The translations under genes and the position numbers were made by a program. 64,000 bases of DNA from a virus, in IMG/VR virus record IMGVR_UViG_3300020477_001105, positions 47,663 to 111,662 of that record; one strand, given 5' to 3'. The notes beneath the pieces are model-generated. The model made no database searches. It worked only from the letters and a program-made list of their open reading frames with translations, and was not told where the DNA came from. Positions 39,542-49,601 of this stretch are shown here, in pieces (position 1 is the stretch's first letter; each line of letters opens with the position of its first letter).

Positions 39542-39796
39542 TTATATTTCTTCATTATTTATCCACTCCGCTAATTCTTTTGCTTCTTCTTTACTCAAAA
39601 TTAGTTGATCGTCATAATAGTTGCCTTTCGTTAACGCCATCCAACACAACTTCAATCTCATCCACCAAGTTAACTTAACGGGATTTAAGCCCTCTCGCCA
39701 AAAACTAACATACAGTTCTTCCTCGTCATCAAACTTGGTAAGTAGCATACCTTCGCCGTGACAACTGCATTTAATGAATTTCTCTCGACTTTTCAT
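39542..39796 (-). CDS. Hypothetical protein
   Basis: 84 aa with CSCH motif. Confidence 0.6.
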   Translation of the reverse strand: MKSREKFIKCSCHGEGMLLTKFDDEEELYVSFWREGLNPVKLTWWMRLKLCWMALTKGNYYDDQLILSKEEAKELAEWINNEEI

Positions 39797-40044
39797 TCTA
39801 AATTAAATTTATCCATCAACCTAGACACGCCAATTATTTCAATACCCACCTGAGTGTTCACTTCGTCTGTGTCTATTGATACCATATTCCCCTGCTTGTC
39901 TCTGTACACCATTACTGCACCGACTCGACCTTGCGGCGGAGCCACGTAGATATACATGGAATCCGCTTCTTCGTCATAACTAATTCTGTTATCGAAATCG
40001 TATTCGTTATACTTTCCGTAGCCTTCTGGAAATTTGGCTTTCAT
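39793..40044 (-). CDS. DUF2283-like protein
   Basis: ISYDEEADSMYIY...IDTDE...VGIEII pattern. Confidence 0.65.
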   Translation of the reverse strand: MKAKFPEGYGKYNEYDFDNRISYDEEADSMYIYVAPPQGRVGAVMVYRDKQGNMVSIDTDEVNTQVGIEIIGVSRLMDKFNLE

Positions 40045-40085
40045 TAATGTGAGTGATGTAATCTAAAAATTAGTTCTGCGACGAC

Positions 40086-40796
40086 TTACTTTCCTATCAT
40101 GTTTAGTAATTTATCCCACGGAATCTCTCTGCTATACTCAAGAGGATCCTTAATACCTGCGTCGATAAACCCTTGGAGCCTAGATGAGCAGGCGGTACAT
40201 TCTCCACACGCTTTGTCTTCTCCTTTGTAGCAGGTCCAGGTATGTCCAAAACTAACATCTAACTCAGTTCCCCATTCGATAATTTCTCTCTTCGACATCT
40301 CTATAAGAGGTGCTTCAATCTTAATTCTATGCTTTCTGTTCAAGGAAGTCAAGCTATTAATTGTTTCCAGAAACTCCTTGCTACCGTCCCAATAACCAGC
40401 TTGTGTATCTACTTGTGCAGCTCCGTGAAATACTGTATTAGCCTCTAACGATTCAGCGATTGCACAACAAATAGACAATAACATCTGATTCCTGAACGGT
40501 ACATAATTGACTGTCTGTGCATCTCCTAATACATCTCGTGTTAAGGCTACTTCAATCTCAGGGTTTGTTAGAGATGATGTGTTGATGTCCTTAAAAAAGT
40601 CTAACCTGATCAATTTATGGTTAACCCCGAGTTTTTCTGCCGTATATTCTGCAGATATTAACTCCCTACTATGTCTTTGACCGTAGTGAAAGGAAATTGC
40701 ATGAACTTCGTCAAATTTATCCGATTTTACAGCATGATAAAGTAATACTGTCGAATCTATTCCACCTGATATTGGTACTACACACTTAGTTGCCAT
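40086..40796 (-). CDS. queC: 7-cyano-7-deazaguanine synthase
   Basis: SGGIDS, YGQRH, YVPFRN, TCY...CGECTAC. Confidence 0.95.
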   Translation of the reverse strand: MATKCVVPISGGIDSTVLLYHAVKSDKFDEVHAISFHYGQRHSRELISAEYTAEKLGVNHKLIRLDFFKDINTSSLTNPEIEVALTRDVLGDAQTVNYVPFRNQMLLSICCAIAESLEANTVFHGAAQVDTQAGYWDGSKEFLETINSLTSLNRKHRIKIEAPLIEMSKREIIEWGTELDVSFGHTWTCYKGEDKACGECTACSSRLQGFIDAGIKDPLEYSREIPWDKLLNMIGK

Positions 40797-41838
40797 ATTG
40801 ATACTTTTCGTTTAGGACTTCTTCCAGCTTTGGAAGGATTGTCTCTTCCCAGAGCTTTTCATCCTTCCTCCAAGTTTTATAATATCCTAACTTCGTACCA
40901 TCTTCAAGCGAATAAGTGGAACCACTTTGAATAATTACACCATGATTAACAGCGACCTCTTTTAAACCGGCATATTTGTCTAAGCCAGTTTTAAAATTTA
41001 AGTACATTTCACATTCTAGGAACGGTGGAACGAACCTATTCTTAACTGTTAATGCTCTAAGTGTCGTCCCGCTATATTTTTTAGCTTCGGGCAACATTTC
41101 GTCGTCTTCATTAGCACCATCTTGCTTTTCACTTCTTGAAGCTAGCTGTACTAGTACACTCGCCAGATAAATCGGACCCTTACCACCGGCCTGATTCTTT
41201 ACTAATGATGGAAACATAGCGGCAGGGTCGTCGTATGTATGATTAGCGAATAGGATAGTAGTACCAGTCCTGGCCGCTTTATACGTCAAAAGCCTCATCA
41301 TACTTTTAAGTGACTTAGCTCTCATGCCCATGTCCATAGCAGCCTTACCCTTCTCGGCATCCGTTACTTCCTTCTGTGAAGCCAGGTTACCCAGTGAGTC
41401 GATTGAGATAATGAACTTACCGTTCATACCACCAGCCTCAATACCATCTAAAAGGGCAATGAGTTGGTTTCTACAATCTTCAATAGTATTAACAGGCACG
41501 TACTTAGTCTTCTCAGGATCTAAACCTACAGCGCTAGCGTTTCCATCATCAACAGCCATCTCAGTATCGAACACGACAGGGATTAATCCCTTCTTCTGTG
41601 CCTTTCCGAGAATCTTATTAATAATATAAGTCTTACCACACATCGAGGGACCAGCTAATCCAGTAATTCTACCTTTAGGTATACCCTTATATAACGAACC
41701 GGAAATAATTGAGTTCAATACCATGCACCCGGTGTCAAACCACTCGTCAACATTTGATAGTGACGTATCAGACAGGAGGCTAGCTTCCGGGTTAAGCTTA
41801 TCTAAAGCTTTGAACACATCTAATGCTTTTTTATCCAT
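40786..41838 (-). CDS. uvsX: RecA-like recombinase
   Basis: GPSMCGKT, FDTE, IDSLGNLAS, DMG, ANHTY, KNRF. Confidence 0.93.
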   Translation of the reverse strand: MDKKALDVFKALDKLNPEASLLSDTSLSNVDEWFDTGCMVLNSIISGSLYKGIPKGRITGLAGPSMCGKTYIINKILGKAQKKGLIPVVFDTEMAVDDGNASAVGLDPEKTKYVPVNTIEDCRNQLIALLDGIEAGGMNGKFIISIDSLGNLASQKEVTDAEKGKAAMDMGMRAKSLKSMMRLLTYKAARTGTTILFANHTYDDPAAMFPSLVKNQAGGKGPIYLASVLVQLASRSEKQDGANEDDEMLPEAKKYSGTTLRALTVKNRFVPPFLECEMYLNFKTGLDKYAGLKEVAVNHGVIIQSGSTYSLEDGTKLGYYKTWRKDEKLWEETILPKLEEVLNEKYQYGN

Positions 41839-41839
41839 T

Positions 41840-42220
41840 TTAGTCGTCGAATAATTTGACTACTGGGCTATTGGCATTACCTGCACCAGGGGTAACCACT
41901 TGCGGGGCATCTGGAGTTACAATAGCGGAAAACATTCTGCTGTATTGGTCTAGGAGACGAGCATCGAGCTGTACACCCTTTCCTAAAACTAAATTATCCT
42001 TCTTAAAGGACCACGTAGTATCACTATCACCTTCAGCAAATTCCTTAAAGAAGAAAGGCACTAGCTGTACTTGAATCTGGCCGGTTTGTGGGTTCGGTTG
42101 TACGTGAACAATAGCCGGATTTTTAACGTCTACATGGGTGTCGTCAGACCCCTCAAGTTCACCTACAATGGTTCTACCGATGCCATCAACAAAAACTTCA
42201 ATATCTTTGGTATCACTCAT
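41840..42220 (-). CDS. Hypothetical protein
   Basis: Between gp43 and uvsX; start at 42220 or 42226. Confidence 0.65.
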   Translation of the reverse strand: MSDTKDIEVFVDGIGRTIVGELEGSDDTHVDVKNPAIVHVQPNPQTGQIQVQLVPFFFKEFAEGDSDTTWSFKKDNLVLGKGVQLDARLLDQYSRMFSAIVTPDAPQVVTPGAGNANSPVVKLFDD

Positions 42221-42253
42221 ATCCATATATATTAAACTCGTGTATGTGGTAAA

Positions 42254-44893
42254 TCAACCCTTTAATAGGTCAAATAAATCAGTTTGCACGATTTGACCAG
42301 GTTTACGGCACTTCCAACCTACCCCTTCATAAAACCTCTCAACAACACTATGTACAATTTTCTGGAACATTTGTTCCGTATCAGGTACAATGACGTCTTT
42401 AAACTCTTCAGGGTAGTAGTATTTGTAAGCTACGCACTTAATACCAAATTTATTAGGCTGAGACACATAAAAATATCTAACCTTGTCACCGGAATTAATA
42501 GCTTCATACTTATTACTTAAATCAAATCTATCTAATAACAAATTATAGTAATATGCCGCCTTAACGTGAATAGGCATTCCCTTATACGTGTAGAAGTTGT
42601 CGCACTTATCTATAACGTCACCATAGTCGTTCCGCTTTTCAGTCTTATACTGACTAATACCCATGACAAACGCTATATCCTCGATAGGTAATGACTTAAA
42701 TATGTCATACGTCTCGTTAAATAGGTCATTAGTAGTGTTCAGGTCCTTAGTCATCAACATAGTTTCAATGATCTTCTTGACATACGGCTTAATAGGCTTG
42801 GGCATTGTAGTCCTTACAACCTCGACACCTGTATACTTAAACTTATTGACCGCGATACCTTCGTCGTCTAACACATGAAGAACGTATCTCTTCTTTTGTA
42901 GGAACATTCCTACATCACATATACTCTCTCGCTTAAATACAAACCTACAATCTTGTGAATTCAGGACCGCGCGCCCCCATTCTACAATCTTATCGTTCAA
43001 ATGTGACTCAATCTCCCTAACCACCTTGTGAGCATCCTTTGTAACCTTGCCCCTCTTAGTCTTAAACGGAACATTAAACTTGTCAATAATGTGTTTGATA
43101 GTAATATATACAGAGTCCGTGTCGTTGTAGATGATAGGGGAATCTTTCTGTATCTGCTCGTCGGTTAGATCACATTTATCCTTGATATAGTCACATAGAA
43201 TCTTATTTGATTGTTTAATGATAGCCTGACCAGTGAGTGTAATAGACCGAGCGATATCCGGATCACCCATAATAGAGTGCTTATTACCGAAATAACCATA
43301 TATACGGTTAATTAAAATCTTAATAGTGAACTGCTTAATGTTTAGCTTATCCGCTTTATCTTGTAAAGCGGTTCTACTTGGATCATTATCAGGTAAATCG
43401 GCGAGTTCATGCTTAATCTTGTTTAACTCTCGCTTAACGACAACCCGCTGTGCATAAAACTTATCAACAATTGCAGGAAAAATGCCTTTTTTGTTTTGTG
43501 AGAACAAGGCTCGTGACTTAGATATAGATAAATTATTATCTTTAACAAACTTACCAAAGTTAGGCTTACTTAAGAGATAGGATTCACCATTGACATGGTT
43601 AACTCTAACATTATCTTGCTCTAAATCAAACGTACCCATCTTCGTTTCGGGAGATAAATTCAACGAGATCATAATATTAGGGTACAGACTATTAACATCA
43701 AACGAAACTATATAATCCTGAAAGCCTCTTTGTGGCTCACCAACATAAGCACCCTCGTATTTAACATCTTTCTGAGAAGCATCCTCAACAAAGCTGGGTA
43801 TAATTAAACCACGCTCTCTGCTCTCTTTAACAACAGCACCAGTGACAACATTTAAGGTACCCATTGCGTTCTCAAACGGTGTTAGCCCTACGTACGCTAG
43901 CATACGAAGTAATTCTAGGTACTGGAGCTTTTCCTCCATTCTAACGAGCAGGTTAACGTCTTGAATATTGTAATCTACAAACGTCTCCCAATCGTCATCA
44001 GCTAAACTTGATAGATTGGTATTACCGAAATCTACTTTCTTTTCACCAAGTTCATGTTCAGCTATATCATTAAGTTTATATGACTCACGGAGACCTACAC
44101 TGAACACCTTATACACATCTAGGTAGTCAACACACGACATGCCCTTAATATGCCACCTAGTTGACTCTCTACCAAAGCTACTCATTAACTGTCTACTATA
44201 AAGTACACCTATAGGTGACAATCTCCGACTATACTCTTCACCGAATATCTTCTGAATACGGTTAACTAAATACGGTATATCAAACAATTCACTATTCCAC
44301 CCAGAGAGCATGTCAGGTGGATCGGCATGAATAAATTCTACAAAATTATATAACAAATCACGCTCCGACTTGCAGTGAACGTATATATGATTATCGTCCT
44401 TAGCCTTATAAGGCTTTAATCCCCAGGTATGAAACTTTTTACTTAAACTATCATAGACAGTAATTACGTTAACAGTGTCTTTAGCTTTCTCCGGTGTAGG
44501 GAACTCATTTGGACTATACGTCTCAATATCAATAAACTGAACCTTTATGGGGAATTGAGTAAACTCTGGTTCGTCATTAACTTCATGATACCTATCAATT
44601 AGGAATTGCTGTAGCACAGACACGTTCTCGAACAATCTAACCTGTACATTCTTTTTATCACGTTGCTGACCTTTAACCATTTCAGATATTCTCAATTGAC
44701 GAGTATACTGATCAGGGAACGATATCTTCTTTAATGGATTATTGTATAATGATGTGGCATCCGGGCGACCTTTGGTTTCGACGTAGTAATATGGCTCATA
44801 CGGTACATCGTACGACACTCTATTACCATCCTTGTCCCAAGTGTATAGTCTGACTACACGGTCTTTAGATAAATACGCGACGTTTCTGTACAT
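42254..44893 (-). CDS. gp43: Family B DNA polymerase
   Basis: Exonuclease DIET, GWNSELFD, YNIQD; polymerase FDVNSLYP, KILINRIYG, YNDTDS, KKRY. Confidence 0.97.
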   Translation of the reverse strand: MYRNVAYLSKDRVVRLYTWDKDGNRVSYDVPYEPYYYVETKGRPDATSLYNNPLKKISFPDQYTRQLRISEMVKGQQRDKKNVQVRLFENVSVLQQFLIDRYHEVNDEPEFTQFPIKVQFIDIETYSPNEFPTPEKAKDTVNVITVYDSLSKKFHTWGLKPYKAKDDNHIYVHCKSERDLLYNFVEFIHADPPDMLSGWNSELFDIPYLVNRIQKIFGEEYSRRLSPIGVLYSRQLMSSFGRESTRWHIKGMSCVDYLDVYKVFSVGLRESYKLNDIAEHELGEKKVDFGNTNLSSLADDDWETFVDYNIQDVNLLVRMEEKLQYLELLRMLAYVGLTPFENAMGTLNVVTGAVVKESRERGLIIPSFVEDASQKDVKYEGAYVGEPQRGFQDYIVSFDVNSLYPNIMISLNLSPETKMGTFDLEQDNVRVNHVNGESYLLSKPNFGKFVKDNNLSISKSRALFSQNKKGIFPAIVDKFYAQRVVVKRELNKIKHELADLPDNDPSRTALQDKADKLNIKQFTIKILINRIYGYFGNKHSIMGDPDIARSITLTGQAIIKQSNKILCDYIKDKCDLTDEQIQKDSPIIYNDTDSVYITIKHIIDKFNVPFKTKRGKVTKDAHKVVREIESHLNDKIVEWGRAVLNSQDCRFVFKRESICDVGMFLQKKRYVLHVLDDEGIAVNKFKYTGVEVVRTTMPKPIKPYVKKIIETMLMTKDLNTTNDLFNETYDIFKSLPIEDIAFVMGISQYKTEKRNDYGDVIDKCDNFYTYKGMPIHVKAAYYYNLLLDRFDLSNKYEAINSGDKVRYFYVSQPNKFGIKCVAYKYYYPEEFKDVIVPDTEQMFQKIVHSVVERFYEGVGWKCRKPGQIVQTDLFDLLKG

Positions 44894-44900
44894 CAGGTAT

Positions 44901-44928
44901 ATTATAGATGCTTATCTGTTACATTCAA
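44901..44928 (-). promoter_or_regulatory. Sigma70-like promoter
   Basis: TTGAAT-N16-TATAAT, 7 nt upstream of the polymerase ATG. Confidence 0.7.
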
Positions 44929-46150
44929 GGCTATGAATTCGGGTACGCTTTTCGTGATGATACGGATAACGGTACATCTCTTGATACATGTCAATATTCT
45001 TATCTAATTCAAGCCATCGACCTTCTGCCACTTTACGGCCTTCGTCAGAATGCTTCATGTATGTACCTGGGTCTTTTAAAGTCTTTTTCAGCTGATCAAT
45101 TAGCTCGTCACCAGTTCTAAATCTAATCGGAGCATCCTCATATGTGCACAGGTCCTGACACGCTATAGGTAGACCAAAGCAACAAGCTTCAATATGCTTC
45201 AAGTCACTCTTAGCCTTATTAAAAACATTATCCTGTAACGGTGCTATTAACATATTACAATTAATCTCATCTAACAAGCCTGGATATTCATACAAACGTC
45301 TCCATTGATGAAACTCTACATGCCCTTGAGCGACTAAGTCCTGTACACCTAACGGAAATGCTCCTAAAAATACCCAATGGTAATCTTTATATGTCTTTCT
45401 TATGACAGGGACAATGTGATGGAAGTCATCTCTCTGCTTTACCCTATTTTCGACATCGAAATGTGCACCACTAGCAGGATATACAATTCTAGGTCTCTTT
45501 TTGAACTTCTTATAGTTCTTAATAATCTTATCTCTGTCATAATAATTACCTATCCACCACTTTGGAGGGAAATTAGGTATGACAGTTACGTTCTGATTAC
45601 CTGTCTTAGCTCTATAATACTCTTGCATGAACTTATTAGTGACGGTAATCTCATCAACGTTCTGCATAATAGCGCATGCGCATTCACGAATCTTTGGATC
45701 AGTAAATGCAGTTTTAAATTTATTATAATCCGGAATATCTTCGTGAAAAACAATATCATCAATTTCGTATACAATGTTAAAGTTGTGTTTCTGTGCGAAG
45801 TTTTTCAGTAAACCTAGGAACTGCAGTTGTTGCTCAGTAGCCTGTCGCTGCAGCCTGACTGTTCTTGTATTAACATACCATCTCTCATCTAAACACATTA
45901 ACGTAGTACTGTGAATGACTGCTTTTTGATGAGCATTAAGCATATGCTCTGGCCAAATCATACGCCAAAACCCACAACCACTATAGTCAGCTAGATAGTT
46001 AATACTTCTATCAAAATCTGCTTCAGGGGGTTGGATATTCTCCCGGTCCGGTGGCTGAGGCTGGTTCGCAGGCGGTACCGTAGGTACAAAAAGCTGAGAA
46101 CCGAACGGGTTACCTAAACCAGGGGCTCCAATTGCAGGAGGGATAATCAT
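44912..46150 (-). CDS. Glycosyltransferase (GT-B-like)
   Basis: GCGFWR, YEIDD, VIPNF, IAPLQDNVFNKAKSDLKHIE...G.P. Confidence 0.75.
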   Translation of the reverse strand: MIIPPAIGAPGLGNPFGSQLFVPTVPPANQPQPPDRENIQPPEADFDRSINYLADYSGCGFWRMIWPEHMLNAHQKAVIHSTTLMCLDERWYVNTRTVRLQRQATEQQLQFLGLLKNFAQKHNFNIVYEIDDIVFHEDIPDYNKFKTAFTDPKIRECACAIMQNVDEITVTNKFMQEYYRAKTGNQNVTVIPNFPPKWWIGNYYDRDKIIKNYKKFKKRPRIVYPASGAHFDVENRVKQRDDFHHIVPVIRKTYKDYHWVFLGAFPLGVQDLVAQGHVEFHQWRRLYEYPGLLDEINCNMLIAPLQDNVFNKAKSDLKHIEACCFGLPIACQDLCTYEDAPIRFRTGDELIDQLKKTLKDPGTYMKHSDEGRKVAEGRWLELDKNIDMYQEMYRYPYHHEKRTRIHSLECNR

Positions 46151-46165
46151 ATTAATAATTAGGCA

Positions 46166-47983
46166 CTAATCCTTAAATTCAACCCGTCTCGTGACACCGT
46201 TTTCTTTCTCTAAAAATATAACCTCACCCGGGTTTGCGTAATGTGAACCAATCTTAACGCTTTCTTTTCTGTGACTGATAACCATGACACACTCATTATG
46301 CTTTTCAACACGTTCTCTTAGGATATTCAATACTAATTCAACACCCTTTTCATCTAAACTAGTGTCTAATAGCTCATCATATATGCTAATATTGTAAGCT
46401 ACGTTGCCTTGCAAACGCCTAATGTCCATAAAAGCGAATAAACAAGATAAATCGATGTTCTTTCTCTCAGCGCCACTGAAATTAAAATATGAACATTCCT
46501 TATTAGTTTCTGTTACGATTTCTTCCTCGAAATATTCATTAAAGATGCAGCAACAATTAGCATCCATAAGCTGTAAGTAGTGTTGTAACTTAGAATTAAA
46601 GACTTGTAATATCTTCTTAACAATATATGACTTGACACCCTCCTCTGATACTACAAACTTAACTACATCAACAATAGATAGGGTATGTCGAATCTTACTT
46701 AATGATTTACTGATATCTTCTAATCGTTTTTTAGTAGAATTAATAAGCTTATCGTGCTGATCAGTATCGTTATCAAAGTTTTTCAAGTCTTGATCTAGCT
46801 GCTTATTCCATTCTTTTAACTGATTCATGCGGCTAGTTCTGCTATCGTTATCTTTGATCTTTAATTGATTGCTATTATATAATCCATTCTGATTAGTGAT
46901 AGCTAACTTTAGTTTACTCTTTAACCCGTTTAGAGTTAACAAGGTAGCTCTACATTTTTCAATTTCTTTATTCTTTGCATCAATAGACCCCTGAAGCTCT
47001 ACTTTCTCTTCTTCAATTTGTGACCGATCATGATCCGTCACTGGTCTTAAGCATACCGGGCACTCATCTTTATCAGTACCTATCTTACTCAATTGCTGAT
47101 CTACAAATCTAATCTCAGTCTCATACGTAGATATCTCTTTATCTACCTTCGTAATCTTATCATTACATGTATCTAAATTTTGCTCAATAGTCGATATCGT
47201 ACCCTTAATCTTTTCTAATTCTTCAGTATTAATATCGACTAATTTCTTTTGCAGCCGGTCTAACTCCTCTGTATTATCTATCTTTCTCTGCTCGTACCTA
47301 TTCTTTCTATCTGACTGCTCCTTAACATATTGTGCCTTTTGCTCTTTGTGTGTTGATAGTGTGTGATCAACTTCCTCAAACTTAGCTCCCTCCACTTCAT
47401 AGGTTCGCTTAGTATCATTGTGCTCAGATCGTACAAGTGATAACATATCACTAAACACTTCTAAGTTAAAAATACCTTCAACAAATTTTCGCTTCTCAAC
47501 TTTCTTCTTCGCCATGAAGGGAATAGTGTTATTGAGAGTCATTATGACACAGTTTTGAAAAATGTCTGTTGATGCACTTAAAATGCTGCAAATATACTCT
47601 GTAGTATTACTGATAGAATCTCTAGTCTTGTCTTCACCATCAACATACAACCTACATCTAGATGGTTCTAACATTCGTACAACCTTGTAATCTCTCTTTT
47701 TATCATTCTTGATAACTTCAAACTCTAACACTACTTCGCATCCCTTATATGCTAAATTGTGTACAATGTTTTCCTTTTTTAGCTCCCTAATAGTGCTACC
47801 GAAAATAGCAAAATGAATAGCATCAGCAATAGTAGACTTACCTACACCATTTCTTCTATCTAGCTTATCCTTGTTCGTTCCCGTTATAACATGTAAACCT
47901 GGCTTAAAGTCCACAGTTACAGGCTCTTCACCTACAGACAGGAAGTTCTTAATGGACACCGTTTTAAAGTTTACATATTTCAT
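46166..47983 (-). CDS. gp46: Recombination ATPase (Rad50/SbcC-like)
   Basis: KNFLSVG, NGVGKST, CPVC hook, FSGAE, DE, ISH. Confidence 0.95.
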   Translation of the reverse strand: MKYVNFKTVSIKNFLSVGEEPVTVDFKPGLHVITGTNKDKLDRRNGVGKSTIADAIHFAIFGSTIRELKKENIVHNLAYKGCEVVLEFEVIKNDKKRDYKVVRMLEPSRCRLYVDGEDKTRDSISNTTEYICSILSASTDIFQNCVIMTLNNTIPFMAKKKVEKRKFVEGIFNLEVFSDMLSLVRSEHNDTKRTYEVEGAKFEEVDHTLSTHKEQKAQYVKEQSDRKNRYEQRKIDNTEELDRLQKKLVDINTEELEKIKGTISTIEQNLDTCNDKITKVDKEISTYETEIRFVDQQLSKIGTDKDECPVCLRPVTDHDRSQIEEEKVELQGSIDAKNKEIEKCRATLLTLNGLKSKLKLAITNQNGLYNSNQLKIKDNDSRTSRMNQLKEWNKQLDQDLKNFDNDTDQHDKLINSTKKRLEDISKSLSKIRHTLSIVDVVKFVVSEEGVKSYIVKKILQVFNSKLQHYLQLMDANCCCIFNEYFEEEIVTETNKECSYFNFSGAERKNIDLSCLFAFMDIRRLQGNVAYNISIYDELLDTSLDEKGVELVLNILRERVEKHNECVMVISHRKESVKIGSHYANPGEVIFLEKENGVTRRVEFKD

Positions 47984-49048
47984 CTAAGTACATCTATCAT
48001 ACACATCTAAAGTATAATCAATAATTTCTTTCTTATTATCAATCTCTAACAAGTTAATAAATTCTTCAATAGCCGACTTCACTTCTATACCTGCAAAATC
48101 ATGTCTACTGTCTTCATCTAAATTATATTGGTTAAAACTCTGAGAGTAGTCAACATTAACAGCTTTTGCATTTAATGATGATAACTTTCTTAGAATAACA
48201 TCCATGTCATCAGGTGCAACGTTTTTATCAACTACCAACTTAACGAAGTTATTTTTAAACCACTTTTTAACTTTAGCATTAATACTTCCGACTTTAACGA
48301 GTTCAGATAAATGGATTTTCTTGTGCTTAGGTGACAGAGTGTTTTCAGTAAAATCATATTTCAGAGTATCCAAATCTAAAATGTAGTACCCCTTAGTACT
48401 ATCCGCATCACCGAAAGTCATTTCGAATGGTGATCCGAGATATAATATGGTACCGTCGTCATACTTCCTCTCTTCTCTTAAATGAAAGTGACCAGAAATT
48501 ATGAGACCGGATTTGCTAAGTAAATCTTTACTCCGAATACCTTCAGAACATATCTTAAACGTGTTTTGCTTAAATGTGGTTATCTCGAAATGACCAAATA
48601 CAACATCCGACCCTGGAATATCTTTAACTTTAGTTCCCCATGGGCAAAATGTAACACTCTTACCGAATAATGTAGCAGTAGTTGGATCAGATATAACCTT
48701 TATATTAGACCAACCGCTCAAAATAGATAGTGAATTAACGTCCGACCGATCTTTATACCAAGCATCGTGGTTACCTACTAGAATAATGATATTGAACTGT
48801 CTCCATTCCTCCAAAATACTGGTGACAAAGTGTATAGTGTTGACTGCTATCTCGTCACGGTAATGAAAGAAGTCACCACTAATGATAATATCACTTATAT
48901 CCTTACTCTCAAGCTCTGATCTTAACCACTTAGCCCATTTTAGAATGATATTATGCCACTGAGTACTGTTCTGATGTACCCCGACATGTATATCACTTAT
49001 ACAACAAACTTTGGATTTGTTGAGAAAGATATCTTGATTACTGGTCAT
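47984..49048 (-). CDS. gp47: Recombination nuclease (Mre11/SbcD-like)
   Basis: SDIH, GDFF, GNHD, GHFE, SGHFH, YLGSP. Confidence 0.95.
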   Translation of the reverse strand: MTSNQDIFLNKSKVCCISDIHVGVHQNSTQWHNIILKWAKWLRSELESKDISDIIISGDFFHYRDEIAVNTIHFVTSILEEWRQFNIIILVGNHDAWYKDRSDVNSLSILSGWSNIKVISDPTTATLFGKSVTFCPWGTKVKDIPGSDVVFGHFEITTFKQNTFKICSEGIRSKDLLSKSGLIISGHFHLREERKYDDGTILYLGSPFEMTFGDADSTKGYYILDLDTLKYDFTENTLSPKHKKIHLSELVKVGSINAKVKKWFKNNFVKLVVDKNVAPDDMDVILRKLSSLNAKAVNVDYSQSFNQYNLDEDSRHDFAGIEVKSAIEEFINLLEIDNKKEIIDYTLDVYDRCT

Positions 49049-49601
49049 CAGAATTTCCGTCCGCAGGGTCTACATAAACGGAATTATTTGTATCTTGGTT
49101 CATTTCATCAGCATACACAGCCTCTTGATAGTTGGCTATTGTTTCCCTATGCTTCTTCTCCTTTTTAATTCTATTAATAAAGGCGTGAAATGCTATTGTC
49201 GTAAAATACGAAAACGGATTGTTACCGGTATCAATATTAAACTTCTTATTCTTTAAGGCTGAGAACATCTTAACTACAGCGTCACCGACCATCTCGTCTT
49301 TATATGAGTAGTTGATGAAGTTAGGTGCAAAGCTTAAACCCACGGCAATCTTATACACAGACTCAGCGAGGTGATCTGGAATAATATCTGTCCTGTAGTA
49401 TTCTTTAATCTCCGCATAGAACTCTTTAGCGTTTACATAGTTCTTCTCTGCATCAGCCTTGCTCTGCTTCTTTCGCTTTCGCTTCTTAGGTGCCGCCTTA
49501 GCTGTCGCCTTAGCAGGTTTAGGTTTTGTTGCAGTTTTAGCTTTCTTAGCTACCGTTTTCTTTTTCGATACTATTTTTTTCTTTGATGGTTTGGAGGCCA
49601 T
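49038..49601 (-). CDS. gp55: Late-transcription sigma factor
   Basis: YVNAKEF, PNFINYSYKDEM, NPFSYFTTIAFHAFINRIKKEKK. Confidence 0.92.
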   Translation of the reverse strand: MASKPSKKKIVSKKKTVAKKAKTATKPKPAKATAKAAPKKRKRKKQSKADAEKNYVNAKEFYAEIKEYYRTDIIPDHLAESVYKIAVGLSFAPNFINYSYKDEMVGDAVVKMFSALKNKKFNIDTGNNPFSYFTTIAFHAFINRIKKEKKHRETIANYQEAVYADEMNQDTNNSVYVDPADGNSDDQ

